Positions 48,415 through 60,519 of a DNA stretch of 64,000 bases are shown one piece after another (the first letter of the stretch is position 1; each line of letters opens with the position of its first letter). This stretch comes from Squalus acanthias (lineage: Eukaryota): assembly GCA_030390025.1 (NCBI GenBank), contig CM059432.1, forward strand, positions 16,866,001 through 16,930,000, read 5' to 3'. A model generated the notes under the pieces. That model worked only from the letters and a program-made list of their open reading frames with translations. It ran no database searches and was not told where the DNA came from. The translations under genes and the position numbers were made by a program.

Positions 48415-48857
48415 AACTTGGATTTATATATCAAATTTCATGACCTCAGGATGTCCCACAGTGCTTCACAGCCAATGTAGTAATTTTGAAGTGTCACCAT
48501 TGTTGTAATGTAGGGAAATGCAGCAGCCAATTTGCACACACAAGTCCTACAAACTGCAATGAGATAAATTACCACATAATCTGCTTTTACTGATGTTGGT
48601 TGAAGGATAAATGTTGGCCAGGACACCGATAGAACTCCCCTGCTCCTCTTTGAATGGTGTTGTGGGATCCTTTACGCTCACCCAAGGGGGCAAACGGGGT
48701 CTCGGTTTAACATATCCGAAAGATAGCCCCTCCGACTGTACTCCCTTAGGACGGTACGAAGTGTCAGCCTAGGTTATGCACTCAAGTCTCTGACATGGGG
48801 ATTGAAGGCACAACCTTCTAACTCAGGCAAGCATTTTACCACTGAGCCAAGGCTGAT
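48415..48857 (-). mobile_element. SacSINE1-like Deu-domain tRNA SINE
   Basis: Full-length copy: tail AACTTGGATTTATATATC, Deu domain, head ending ACCACTGAGCCAAGGCTGA. Confidence 0.85.
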
Positions 48858-49454
48858 CCAGATTATTTGCCTCCGACTTTCAGGGAAGAAACTGCGCAAA
48901 AGGTTTTAGCTTTACTGGTTTCAATTACCCTCCTATAGGAGATTAAATTTGTGAATCAGTAGATAAGTTGAGTGTGCTTCCTGACCTATTCTTTTTTAGT
49001 TTGTGCTCTAGGCTGCCAATGTGGTGGGAAGCAGTTGGAGCTGTGAGAAGAAAGCACCAACCTGTCAATACCTTGTAATTGGGTGAGGGAATGGCAGAAA
49101 TGGTCATATTTTGTCTGTTTTACAGAGGAAAGGAATATGGCAGTGAGTACCTGAGAAAGGTGTGGAAGACCTACTACTGGAGATAAATATTCAAAAGGAA
49201 ATGTACTTAAAAAGTTATGGGGACTAAAAAACAAATAGGAAAGCCACCAGGGCAGATAGAATGCATCCAACCAACCATAATTTGCAACTCTCTCCTGTAC
49301 AGTTTTTTCTCCACAGTTCCTCGGGGTTGGAAGCGCAGCCAGGGTCAAATAGGACACCAAGGCATGAACAACCCAAGACAATGGCCAGGGAATGGGATAG
49401 AATCAGTGGCAAGAGTATAGGGGCTTGTGGCAGAAGTCAAAAACTATGGCTGTA

Positions 49455-50000
49455 AGGGACTTTAGAAAGACAGACAGATTAGCAGATAGATGTCAATGAC
49501 ATTTAATGCAGAAAAATGTGCATTGATACAATTTGGGAAGATAAAGAGGAACTATACATTAAATGGTGAAACTTGAAAAGGACTAAAAGGAGTCAATAAG
49601 AGACTTAGGGGCTTCCATACAGTAATCTTGGAAAGTGGGAGGACGTTGATAAAGTTATTTAAAAAAACATTTGGGATTCTAGGCTTTATAACGAGGGATA
49701 AAATAGAGTACACAAGCGAAAGGTAATGCTAACCTAAAAAAAATCATTGGCGAAGGTATAATTAGAAAACTGCTTAGTTTTGCGTGCCCTACTTTAGGCA
49801 GAATACCAAGCCATGGAGAGGAGACAGAAAAGATTTTCAAGATGGCAGGTTTTAGTTACGACAAACAACTGGAGATTCTGGGACTCTCTTTACTAGAACA
49901 GAGAAGGATAAAAAAGTGTTCAAAATTATGAGGTTTTGAAAAGGTAAATGGAGTAAAACTATTTGCATTGATCGGTCAGTTGGTAACTAGGGAACAATAA
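49455..50000 (+). mobile_element. Old CR1 fragment
   Basis: Decayed W...FNAEKC..I.FG and GF..RGIEY segments. Confidence 0.6.
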
Positions 50001-50272
50001 CATGATCTGATGGTAATCTCTTATTTGCGATGGATCAGGATATGCTAAATTGTTAAAGACCCTAATCACATGCTTTTAATTATTATTACACGTGAGTGTA
50101 GCGAATTAAATAATTTTCCATCAGTTTCTGTCATATCTGTTCAAGTACTTGTGACAGAAGCAGAGCGGTCTTCACTTCAAAACTATTAAATTCCAGGAAT
50201 TCTTTAAAGCTAGTACCATGTCCACAAAATGTAAATGGACTTCAAAGGGTTCTAGCCAGACAGCTGTCCAGG

Positions 50273-50561
50273 TTTTTTTTTTATAAAGTGTGTTCTTGGG
50301 ATGCAAGCCCATCCTATTCCTAGTTAGAAGTCAATCACATCTTGTGGGTCGGAGTAGGAATGGCAGGTTCCTGTCCCTTAAGAACATTAATGAACCAGTT
50401 GGGTTTTTAAAAACAATCTGGCAGCTTTCATGGTTATTTTTTCTTATGCCAGCCCATAAAATACCAAATTCATTGAATTCAGTTAATAACTTGCAAATGG
50501 TGGTATTTGAGCACTCAACCTCTGGACTGCCAATCAAGTACCATAACCACCACATTGCCAC
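50273..50561 (-). mobile_element. tRNA-derived SINE sharing its head with the 46591 LINE 5' end
   Basis: Minus strand GTGGCAATGTGGTGGTT..GTGCTCAAATACCACC..AATAACCATGAAAGCTGCCAG..CCAACTGGTTCATTAATG..GGAACCTGCCA..GGATGGGC..CATCCCA..poly-A. Confidence 0.65.
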
Positions 50562-50869
50562 AAAAGGTGGAAGGTTGCAGAATGCAAGTTTAATGGCATT
50601 GGGCCAGAGTTTGCTTACAAAAAATAAAGCGCGTGAAGGACACATCATTATTAACGTGCAAATCTTCCAGCACTTGTGATGAGGTTGAGATACCCAATGA
50701 ACTGCGAATCGCCACACGTTTCTGCCGATTTGAGCCACTCCTGCATTACCTTCGCGAAAACAACATCTCACCCTTAACCTCTGTGACTTTCAGGAAGTCG
50801 CTGCATCACAGAAAGTGAAGTCCAGTAATTATCAGCGCAAGTACCCTTTTAATGATGTGATAGTATTGA

Positions 50870-51260
50870 GCCTCTAGAATGCGTTGCCAGCTGGTGCGGT
50901 GGATGCTGACGCGCTGCATGCCTTCAAGAGAAACTGTACAGGTTCTTGACTGGGGCAGAGATCGCTTCATATATAAGGCAAGAGGGTTTTAAAGATAACA
51001 CGTGGTCCACATGATCTTCTGGACTGGTTTCAATCACCTGAGGAGGTCAGAGAGAAATTTTCCCAGAGTATTTCTTCCCATATTGGCCCTGGGTTTTTCT
51101 GCCTCTCCCAGGAGATTACATGGCTGTAAGGGTGTGGTGGAGAAGGGCAGGGGGGGGGCAGGCAGTGGTAGGAAGTCTCTAGTCATCATGAGTATGGAGC
51201 TGGCTTGATGGATCAGCTGGTCTTTTCCTGCCCGTCATTTACATACGTTTCATATGTTTA
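50870..51260 (+). mobile_element. CR1 3' end (long 3'UTR subfamily)
   Basis: NALPAGAVDADALHAFKR, then a 3'UTR ending TACGTTTCATATGTT. Confidence 0.6.
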
Positions 51261-51714
51261 ACGTAGGAAAACGTCCCAACTTATAAGGCAAGACAATGAG
51301 CATCGGCAGGCATCAATTATAAATGACAACACATGACAAAAAGGGTCACTGAATAGTGATCAGCAGCAGGAATTTGCGTTAACTTTTACCCCACTCACCA
51401 AGGGATGTTGAGGCCAGTTATAGTGCTTCAATTGTTTCCCTTTGAGCTCGCTCACTCATAAAAACCAGAAGTTAAACCAGAGGCCCACTAAACTATCAGC
51501 AGAACTCCAAATGAAGAGTTCATAAAAGGAAATTAAGCATTATTGTTAATTTGCTTGTCGGCACTTCTGGCATGTTTTGTATATGTTTTAAAGCAAGTGT
51601 TGATCAAATGTGCCATTGACAGTGAAAAGGCATAGCAAAAGATCACATCAATCTGTAAATACCAATTGAAGTTAACTGAAACCCAGTGGTAAAAGAACAA
51701 GCTTTTCACTATTC

Positions 51715-53503
51715 AAAACGCATCATGTTCCACATGTACGCTGACGACATTCAGCTCCACCTCACCACCACCTCTCTCGACCCCTCCACTGTCTAATTTG
51801 TCAGACTGCTTGTCCGACATCCAGGACTGGATGAGCTGAAATTTCCTCCAACTAAATATTGGAAAGATTGAAGCCATCGTCTTTGGTCCCCACCACAAAT
51901 TCCATTCCCTAGCCACCGACTCCATTCCTCTCCCTGGCAACTGTCTGAGGCTGAATCAGACTGTCCGCAACCTTGGCGTCATATTTGACAGAGATGAGCT
52001 TAAGATCCATATATCGACTCCATCACCAAGACTGCCTACTTCCACCTGCATAACATTGCCCGATTCTGCCCTGCCTCAGCTCATCTGCTGCTGAAACCCT
52101 CATCTATGTCTTTATTACCACTAGACTTGACTATTCCAATGCTCTCCTGGCCAGCCTCCCATCTTCCACCCAAACTCTGCTGCCCGTATCCTAACTCGCA
52201 CCACGTTCCGTCACCCCAAACCCCTGTGCTTGCTGTCTACATTGCCTCCCGGTCCAGCAACAATTCAATTTTTAAATTCAGATCCTTGTTTTCAAATCCC
52301 TCCATGACTTCACCCCTCCCTATCTCTGTAACCTCCTTTGACAACTTGCGCTTCCCTGATTTTAATCGATCCACCATTGGTGCGTGCCTTCAGCTGCCTA
52401 GGCCCTAAGCTCTGTAATTCCCTCCAAAACTTCAAAAGTACTTAATTGGCTGTAAAGCGCTTTGGGACGTCCAGAGATCATGAAAGGGGTTATATAAATG
52501 CAAGTCTTTCTTTTTAAACCTCTCCGCCTCTCGACCTCTCTTTCGACAGCCAGCTCTACCTCACCAGCACTTCTCTCGACCCCTCCACGGTCTCTAAATT
52601 GTCAGACTGCTTGTCCAACATCCAGTATTGGATGAGCAGAAATGTTCTTCAATTAAATATTGGGAAGACCGAAGCCATTGTTTTCGGTCCCCGCCACAAA
52701 CTCTGTTCCCCAGCCACTAACTCTATCCCTCTCCCGAACATGTGTCTGAGGCTGAACCACACTGTTCGCAACCTTGGTGTCATATTTGACCCTGAAATGA
52801 ACTTCCAACCACATATCCGCAGCATAACTAAGACCGCCTATTTCAACCTCCATAACATTGCCTGTCTCCACCCTTGCCTCAGCTCATCCGCTACTGAAAT
52901 ATTCATCCAAGCCTTTGTTACCTCTAGACTTGACTATTCCAATGCACTTCTGGCTGACCTCCCACGTTCTACCCTATGTAAATTTCAGGTCATCCAAAAC
53001 TCAGATGCCCGTGTCCTAATTCGCACCAAGTCCCGTTCACCCACCACCCCCTGTGCTCGCTGACCTATATTGGATCCCAGTTAAGCAATGCTTCGATTAC
53101 AAAATTCTCACCTTTGTTTTCAAATCCCTCCATGGCCTCACCCCTGCCTATTTCTGTAATCTCCTCCAGCCCCACAACCCCTCCAGAGATATCTGTGCTT
53201 CTCTAATTCAGGCCTCGAGCATCCCTGATTTTAATCGCTCAACCATTGGTGGCCGTGCCTTCAGCTGCCAAAGCCCGAAGCTCTTGAATTCTCTCCCTAA
53301 ACCTCTCCGCCTCTCTCTCTTTTCTCCTTTAAGATGCTCTTGAAAACCTACCTCTTTGCCCAAGCTTTTGGTCATCTGCCCTATCACCTTATGTGGCTCG
53401 GTGTCAAATTTTATTTGACAACGCTCCTGTTAAGCACCTTGGAACGTTTTACCATGTTGAAGATGAGATAGAGATAGAGAGATATATATATGCGCAAGTT
53501 GTT
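51715..53503 (+). mobile_element. Two tandem L2 3' fragments with a SacSINE1-like tail between them (~52430-52515)
   Basis: FHMYADDIQL, SDCLSNIQYWMSRNVLQLNIGKTE, VRNLGVIFD and AFVTSRLDYSNALL. The same region occurs twice (51715-52545 and 52545-53503). Confidence 0.88.
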
Positions 53504-53899
53504 TCATTTAACTGAAAGATTTTGCAGCCATTTATTATAATCTCGTCCAAGCACTCTGGGTAGCCAAAGATGTTTTGCCTGTTGAAAATTACTGACAAAT
53601 GAAGTCACTACATTTCCCTGTACAAAACCCATCCCCTTGACATTCTTCTTTTTAAACAATAAAATTGTCATGGGACTAGGTGGAGCTTTACACAGAAAAT
53701 AATGATTTCTCAATTACATCACTATTCAGGCACAATTACCAGCAGCAGAAAAATGTCACTGCAACAAAACAGAGGGCTAAAGTATGTCGCAAATGCTCTA
53801 ACCAGAGCAACACTTCAGATCAGAAACATTCAGTAACTAAACTGAGATTTCTGAAACTGAGAAATAACTTAATTTTATTTAGTTTAGCCTTCACAAGGA

Positions 53900-54640
53900 G
53901 AGTACAATTCTAAAGGGGGTTCATGAACAGAGACGCCTGGGGGTATACATGCACAAATCATTGAAAGTGATAGGGCAGGTTGAGAAAGCAGTTAAAAAAA
54001 GCATACGGGCACCTGGACTTCATAAATAGAGGCACAGAGTACAAAAGCAAGGAAATTATGAGGAACCTTTATAAAACACTGGCCTCAACTGGAGTAGTGT
54101 GTCCAATTCTAGGCACCACACTTTAGGAAGGATGTGAAGGCCTTAGAGGGAGAGCATAAAAGATTTACGAGAATGATTCTAGGGATGAGGGACTTCAGTT
54201 ACATGGCTAGATTGGAGAAGCTGGGGTTGTTCTCCTTAGAGCACAGAAGGTTGAGAGGAGATTTGATAGAGGGGTTCAAAATCATGAGGGGTCTAGACAG
54301 AGTAGATAGAGAGAAACTGTTCCCATTGGCGGAAGGGTCGAGAACCAGAGGACACAGAGTTAAGGTGATTGACAGAAGAACCAAAGGCGACATGAGGAAA
54401 AAAAAATTTACGCAGCGAGTGGTTATGATCTGGAATGCACTGCCTGAAAGGGTGGTGGATGCAGATTCAATCGTGGCTTTCAATAGGGAATTGGATAAGT
54501 ACCTGAAGCAAAAAAAACTTGCAGGGCTATGGGGAAAGGGCAGGGGAGTGGGACTAGCTGAAGCGTTCTTGCAGAAAGCTGGCACGGGCTCGACGTGCCG
54601 AATGGCCTCCTTCTGTGCTGTAACCATTCTATCATTCTAC
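53900..54640 (+). mobile_element. CR1 LINE 3' part
   Basis: RLEKLGLFSLEHRRLRGDLIEGFKIMRGLDRVDREKLFPL..TRGH..IWNALPERVV, with tail CATTCTATCATTCTA. Confidence 0.9.
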
Positions 54641-54794
54641 TCCTCAATGTTTAAAAAATATAAAAATGAGAGATTTATGTTCTATTTCAGACATTAATGC
54701 TGTTAGGTGGACATAATGTCACAAATGGAACTTTCAATCAACACTGACCTACTGATAGGGAAAATTCCAATAACTATGTTTATTGTTGCTGAGC

Positions 54795-55360
54795 ACAGGA
54801 ACAGGAGTATGCCATCGAGCCTGTTCCGCCATTCAGTGAGATCATGGCTGATCTGCGGCCTAACTCCATAATATCCGCCTTTGGCCCATATCCCTTAATA
54901 CCTTTGGTTAACAAAAATTGATCAATCTCAGATTTAAAATTAACAATTGATCTAGCATCAATTGCCATTTGTGGAAGAGAGTTCCAAACTTCTACCACCC
55001 TGTGTGTGCAGAAGTGTTTCCTAATTTCATTCCTGAAAGGTCTGGCTCTAATTTTTATACTATGCCCCCGAGTCCAAGACACCCACCCCCACCACCGAAC
55101 CAGCAGAAATAGTTTCTCTCCATCTACCCTAACTGTTCCCCTTAATATCTTGAAAACTTCGATCAGATCACCCCTTACCCTTCAAAATTCTAGGGAATAC
55201 AACCCAAATTTGTCTAATCGCTCCTTGTAACTTAACCCTTGAAGTCCAGGTATCATTCTGGTAAACCTACGCTGCACTCCCTCCAAGGCCAATATATCCT
55301 TCCTAAGGTGTGGTGCCCAGAACTGCTCTCACTACTCCAGGTGTGGTCTAACTAGGGCTT
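54795..55360 (-). mobile_element. CR1 LINE 3' end
   Basis: TRGHSIKIRARPFRNEIRKHFCTHRVVEVWNSLP. Same subfamily as 911-1215 and 40735-41180. Confidence 0.88.
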
Positions 55361-55659
55361 TTAGGATTTTCATTTATCCAACTGATCTTACCAGATCACA
55401 AAATCCTAACAGGTGAGGAATGCCATTCAGCCCATCTTAACTGATCCATCCAGAACAACCCTGCACTCCCTCCAGTGCTGCATCTAGTTGTTTCTTAAAT
55501 TAAGAACAACCTTCTGATATCAACAAAAGTTGCCTTTTATTAGTTTGAACCCATGTCCCCTAGTCCTATTCAGACAGTTTAATTTAAAAGTGGCTCTGGA
55601 CTATTTACTAGCTTATATGCCCACTATAAAACCACCACTCAGAAACCTCCTTTCGTAGA

Positions 55660-56050
55660 AAAGAATTTGCATTTATATAGCAACTTCATAACCGCAGTGT
55701 GTCCCAAAGCATTTCACAGCCAATTAAGTTGAGTCATTGTTTCTGTGTAGGCAACGTAACAGTCAAGTTGCACACAGCAAGGTCCCACGACAATGAGATC
55801 AGTGGCCAGATAATCTGTTTTTAGTGATGTTGGTTGAGGGATAAATGTTGCCTAGGATACCAGAACTCCCCTGCTCTTCTTCGAATCGTGCCATGGGCTC
55901 CTAGGTCCTCAGTTTATGTATCATTGACAATACGGCACCCCCTCAATAGTACAGTGAAGTATCAGCCAAGATTATGTGCTCTGTCAGCGGGGCTTGAACT
56001 CCTGACCGTGCGTCTCAGAGGCGGGAGTTCTACCTCTGGGTCAAGACAAA
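55660..56050 (-). mobile_element. SacSINE1-like Deu-SINE with internal deletion
   Basis: TTGCATTTATATAGC tail, TTGGTTGAGGGATAAATGTTG Deu domain, GGGGCTTGAACTCCTGACC head. Confidence 0.75.
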
Positions 56051-56189
56051 CACCTAGGCTGAAAAGCCCAAGTCGTTTTAGTCTTCGCTCAGAACTCAGA
56101 CTCCTGATCAGTCCCGTGGCTACCTCTGCGCCATCTCCAACGCTTAAATGTTTTCCCCATTTTGTGATGCCCATACCTGCACACTGTCG

Positions 56190-56710
56190 TCATAGTGTGG
56201 GCTCAGCAGAGCATTGTTTAGTTGCATCACTAATTCCTCTGACTTGTATTCTACTGTTTGACTATGTAGTTCAAGATTCTAATGGCTTTGCTGCTCTATT
56301 TGTTTCACATGCAGAGCCTTGAATCTACGAGGTCCATTTCAGCTTCACCCGGAGCTAATTCAACACCCCTTATGAAGTATGAATGTTGCACATTTTTTTC
56401 TTCCCACGTGCAGTGCTTTAAATCTGGCGACATTAAGTATCAGCTGCCATTCTTCGGCCCACTCACATTTTGTTTATCTCATTCTGTAGTTTCTGGGCTG
56501 CCACCTTCAATTTCATTGTTCCTTCTACTTTGATATCATCTGCAAATTTAACCAATTTACATTGTTTCAGTAGCCAAGTCATTGATTTAAATTAGAAACC
56601 GTAGTGGCCCCAACACTTAGTCCTGAGACACCTTATTCTGTACTTTACCTCTCTAACCAGTACCTGTTGCTTTCTACCCCTCAGCCAGTTTCCTACCCAT
56701 ACCCAAGTTT
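56190..56710 (-). mobile_element. Old CR1 RT fragment
   Basis: TATCATCTGCAAATTT (KFADD) and AAGTCATTGATTTAAATTAGAAACCGTAGTGGCCCCAACAC (VLGPL..I.INDL). Confidence 0.55.
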
Positions 56711-56741
56711 TGCGCTGATCATAGAGTGGAATCATAGAATG

Positions 56742-57590
56742 CTTAAAAGGCGATTTAGACAAGTTGAGTGAGTGGGCAAATACATGGCAGATGCAGTATA
56801 ACGTGGATAAATGTGAAGTTATCCACTTCCGTAGGAAAAACAGAAAGGCAGAGTATTATTTAAATGGTGATAGATTGGGAAATGTTAATGTACAGAGGGA
56901 CCTTCTACACCAGTCACTGAAAGCAAACATGCAGGTGCAACAAGCAGTTAGGAAGGCAAATGGTATGTTGGCCTTCATTGCAAGAGGATTTGAGCAAGGA
57001 TGTCTTACTACAGTTATACAGGGCCTTGGTGAGACCACACCTGGAGTACTGTGTGCAGTTTTGGTCTCCTTACCCAAGAAAGGATATACTTGCCATAGAG
57101 GGAGTGCAGTGAAGTTTCACCACACTGATTCCTGGGATGGCAGAACTGTCATATGAGGAGAGATTGGGTCGACTGGGCCTGTATTCACTAGAGTTTAGAA
57201 GAATGAGAGGGGATCTCATTGAAACGTATAAAATTCTGACAGGGCTAGACAGACTGGATGCAGGGAGGATGTTTCCCCTGGCTGGGGGGTCTAGATCAAG
57301 GGGTCACAGTCTCAGGATACGGGGTAGGACATTTAGGACTGAGATGAGGAGAAATTTCTTCACTCAGATGGTGGTGAACCTGTGAAATTCTCTACCACAG
57401 AAGGCTATGGAGGCCAAGTCACTGAATATATTTAAGAAGGAGATAGATAGATTTCTAGACACAAAAGGTATCAAGGGGTATGGGGAGAGAGCAGGAATAT
57501 GGTATTGAGAGAGGATCAGCCATGATCATATTAAATGGCGGAGCAGGCTCATAGGGCCGAATGGCCTACTCCTGCTCCTATTTTTCTATG
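56742..57590 (+). mobile_element. CR1 LINE 3' part inserted in the tail of another CR1
   Basis: SEWANTWQMQYNVDKCEVIHF, VRKANGMLAFIARG and LSYEERLGRLGLYSLEFRRMRGDLIETYKIL, with tail CCTATTTTTCTATG. Confidence 0.9.
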
Positions 57591-58237
57591 TTACAGCACA
57601 GGAGGCCATTCGGCCTGTCGAGCCCATGCCGGCCCTCTGCAAGAGCACTTCAGCTTGCCCCACTCACCTACCCTTTCCCCATAGCCCTGTAAAAAAAATT
57701 TCCTTCAGGTACTTAGCAATTCCCTTTTGAAAGCCACAAATGAGTCTGCCTCCACCACCCTTTCAGGCAGTGCATTCCAGATCCTAACCACTCGCTGCGT
57801 AAAAAAGTTTGTCCTCATGTCACCTTTGGTTCTTTAGCCAATCAATTTAAATCTGTGTCCTCTGGTTCTCGACCCTTCCACCAATGGGAACAGTTTCTCT
57901 CTATCTACTCTGTCTAGACCCCTCATAATATTGAACCCCTCTATCAAATCTCTTCTCTGCTCTAAGGAGAACAAACCCAGCTTCTCTAGTCTATCCACGT
58001 AACTGAAGTCCCTCATCCCTGGAATCATTTTCGTAAATCTTTTCTGCACCATCTCTAAGGCCTTCACATCCTTCCTAAAGTGCGGTGCCCAGAATTGGAC
58101 ACAATACTCCAGTTGAGGCCGAACCAGTGTTTTATAAAGGTTCATCATAACTTCCTTGCTTTTGTACTCTATGCTACTATTTATGAAAATGAGAAGTCGC
58201 ACAACACCAGGTTATAGTCCAACAGATTTATTTAAAA

Positions 58238-58275
58238 TTACAAGCTTTCGGAGCTGTCGCCCCTTTCTCAGGTAA
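58238..58275 (-). ncRNA. Minimal hammerhead motif (core variant CUGAGAA)
   Basis: Minus strand TTAC-CTGAGAA-A-GGGGC GACA GCTCC-GAAA-GCTT-GTAA. Stem I TTAC/GTAA is intact but the core G is replaced by A. Confidence 0.65.
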
Positions 58276-58490
58276 AGTTACAATGAGTGAATCTACAATA
58301 TTTCATAGTATATAAACACAGAAACTGCAGAGATACAATCTTTCAGGGAAGGTGTCCTGACATCAAAGACACACCAAGAGCACAGCCAAGACAATGAGAT
58401 GTGTCACAGGGAGTCCAACGTGTCAAATCCTGCTGTCTGCAGTTTTTTTTTGTGTTTTTTAAAACTGGAAAGACAGACAACGATGTCGAG

Positions 58491-59711
58491 TCACGTTCTG
58501 TAGCGTGACATGAACCCGATATCCCTATTGAGGCCGTCCTCATGGGTGCGGAACTTGGCTATCAGTTTCTGCTCGATGATTTTGCGTTGTCATGTGTCTC
58601 GAAGGCCACCTTGGAGAACGCTAACCCGCAGATCCGAGGCTGAATGTCCTTGACTGCTGAAGTGTTCCCCGACTGGGAGGTGACAATCCTGCCTGGCGAT
58701 TGTTGCGCGGTGCCCGTTCATACGTTGTCTTAGTGTCTGCATGGTCTCGCCGATGTACCAGGCTCTGGGGCATCCTTTCCTGCAACGTATCAGGTAGACA
58801 ACGTTGGCCAAGTCACATGAGTATGTACCATGTACCTGGTGGGTAGTGTCCTCACGTGTGATGACGGTATCTGTGTTCATGATCTGGCATGTCTTGCAGA
58901 GGTTGCCGTGGCAGGGTTGTGTGGTGTCGTGGTCGCTGTTCTCCTGACAGCTGGGTAATTTGCTGCGAACGATGGTACTTTTGAGGTTAGGCGGCTGCTG
59001 GAAGGCGAGTAGTGGAGGCGTGGGGATGGCCTTAGCAAGGTGTTCGTCGTCATCGATGACATGTTGAAGGCTGCGAAGAACATGGCGTAGTTTCTCCGCT
59101 CCGGGGAAGTACTGGACGACGTAGGGTACTCTGTTGGTTGTATCCCGTGTTCGCCTTCTGAGGAGGTCTATGCGGTTTTTCGCTGTGGCCCGTCGGAACT
59201 GTCGATCGACGAGTCGAGCGTCATATCCCGTTCTTACGAGGGCATCTTTCAGTGTCCGTAGGTGTCCATCGCGTTCCTCCTCGTCTGAGCAGATCCTGTG
59301 TATTCGCAGGGCTTGTCCATAGGGGATGGCTTCTTTAACGTGGTTAGGGTGGAAGCTGGAGAAGTGGAGCATCGTGAGGTTGTCCGTGGGCTTGCGGTAG
59401 AGTGAAGTGCTGAGGTGTCCGTCTCTGATGGAGATTCGTGTGTCCAAGAATGAAACCGATTCTGAGGAGTAGTCCATGGTGAGTTTGATGGTGGGATGGA
59501 ACCTGTTGATGTTATCGTGTAGTCCTTTCAGTGATCCTTCGCCGTGGGTCCAAAGGAAGAAGATGTCGTCGATGTATCTGGTGTACAGCGTTGGTTGGAG
59601 GTCCTGTGCAGCGAAGAAGTCTTGCTCGAACTTGTGCATGAAGATGTTGGCGTATTGGGGTGCGAATTTGGTCCCCATGGCTGTTCCGTGTGTTTGGGTA
59701 AAAAACTGGTT
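58491..59711 (-). pseudogene. 5'-truncated Neptune RT + GIY-YIG ORF with one premature TGA
   Basis: Motifs GTAMGTKFAPQYA, RYIDD, SFLD, CHGNLCKTC..YSC and NVVYLIRCRKGCPRAWYIGET..RMNGH..HF. The stop at 58590-58592 is CGA in the other arm, and the natural stop is at 58491-58493. Confidence 0.88.
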
Positions 59712-60481
59712 CAACATGTCATCGATGACGACGAACACCTTGCTAAGGCCATCCCCACGCCTCCACTACTCGCCTTCAAGCAGCCGCCTAACCTCAAAAG
59801 TACCATCGTTCGCAGCAAATTACCCAGCTGTCAGGAGAACAGCGACCACGACACCACACAACCCTGCCACGGCAACCTCTGCAAGACATGCCAGATCATG
59901 AACACAGATACCGTCATCACACGTGAGGACACTACCCACCAGGTACATGGTACATACTCATGTGACTCGGCCAACGTTGTCTACCTGATACGTTGCAGGA
60001 AAGGATGCCCCAGAACCTGGTACATCGGCGAGACCATGCAGACACCGTGCAACAATCGCCAGGCAGGATTGTCACCTCCCAGTCGGGGAACACTTCAGCA
60101 GTCAAGGACATTCAGCCTCGGATCTGCGGGTTAGCGTTCTCCAAGGCGGCCTTCGAGACACACGACAACGCAAAATCATTGAGCAGAAACTGATAGCCAA
60201 GTTGCGTACCCATGAGGACGGCCTCAATAGGGATATCGGGTTCATGTCACGCTACAGAACGTGACTCAACATCGTTGTCTGTCTTGCCAGTTTAAAAAAA
60301 AACACAAAAAAAAACTGCAGACAGCAGGATTTGACACGTTGGACCCCCTGTGACACATCTCATTGTCTTGGCTGTGCTCTTGGTGTGTCTTTGATGTAAG
60401 GACACCTTCCCTGAAAGATTGTATCTCTGCAGTTTTTGTGTTTATATACTGTGAAATATTGTAGATTCACTGATTGTAACT

Positions 60482-60519
60482 TTTCCTGAGGAAGGGGCGA
60501 CAGCTCCGAAAGCTTGTAA
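60482..60519 (+). ncRNA. Minimal hammerhead motif (intact core, one stem I mismatch)
   Basis: TTTC-CTGAGGA-A-GGGGC GACA GCTCC-GAAA-GCTT-GTAA. Palindromic AAGCTT, with AATAAA at 60525-60530. Confidence 0.72.

Noticed and set aside
55834..56322. 162-aa + ORF
   Set aside because: Runs antisense through a SINE and an old CR1 fragment.
59544..60134. 196-aa + ORF, and the N-terminus of the 382-aa - ORF (59712-59738)
   Set aside because: Both read across the Penelope inversion junction at ~59710, so their starts are antisense sequence and not real genes.
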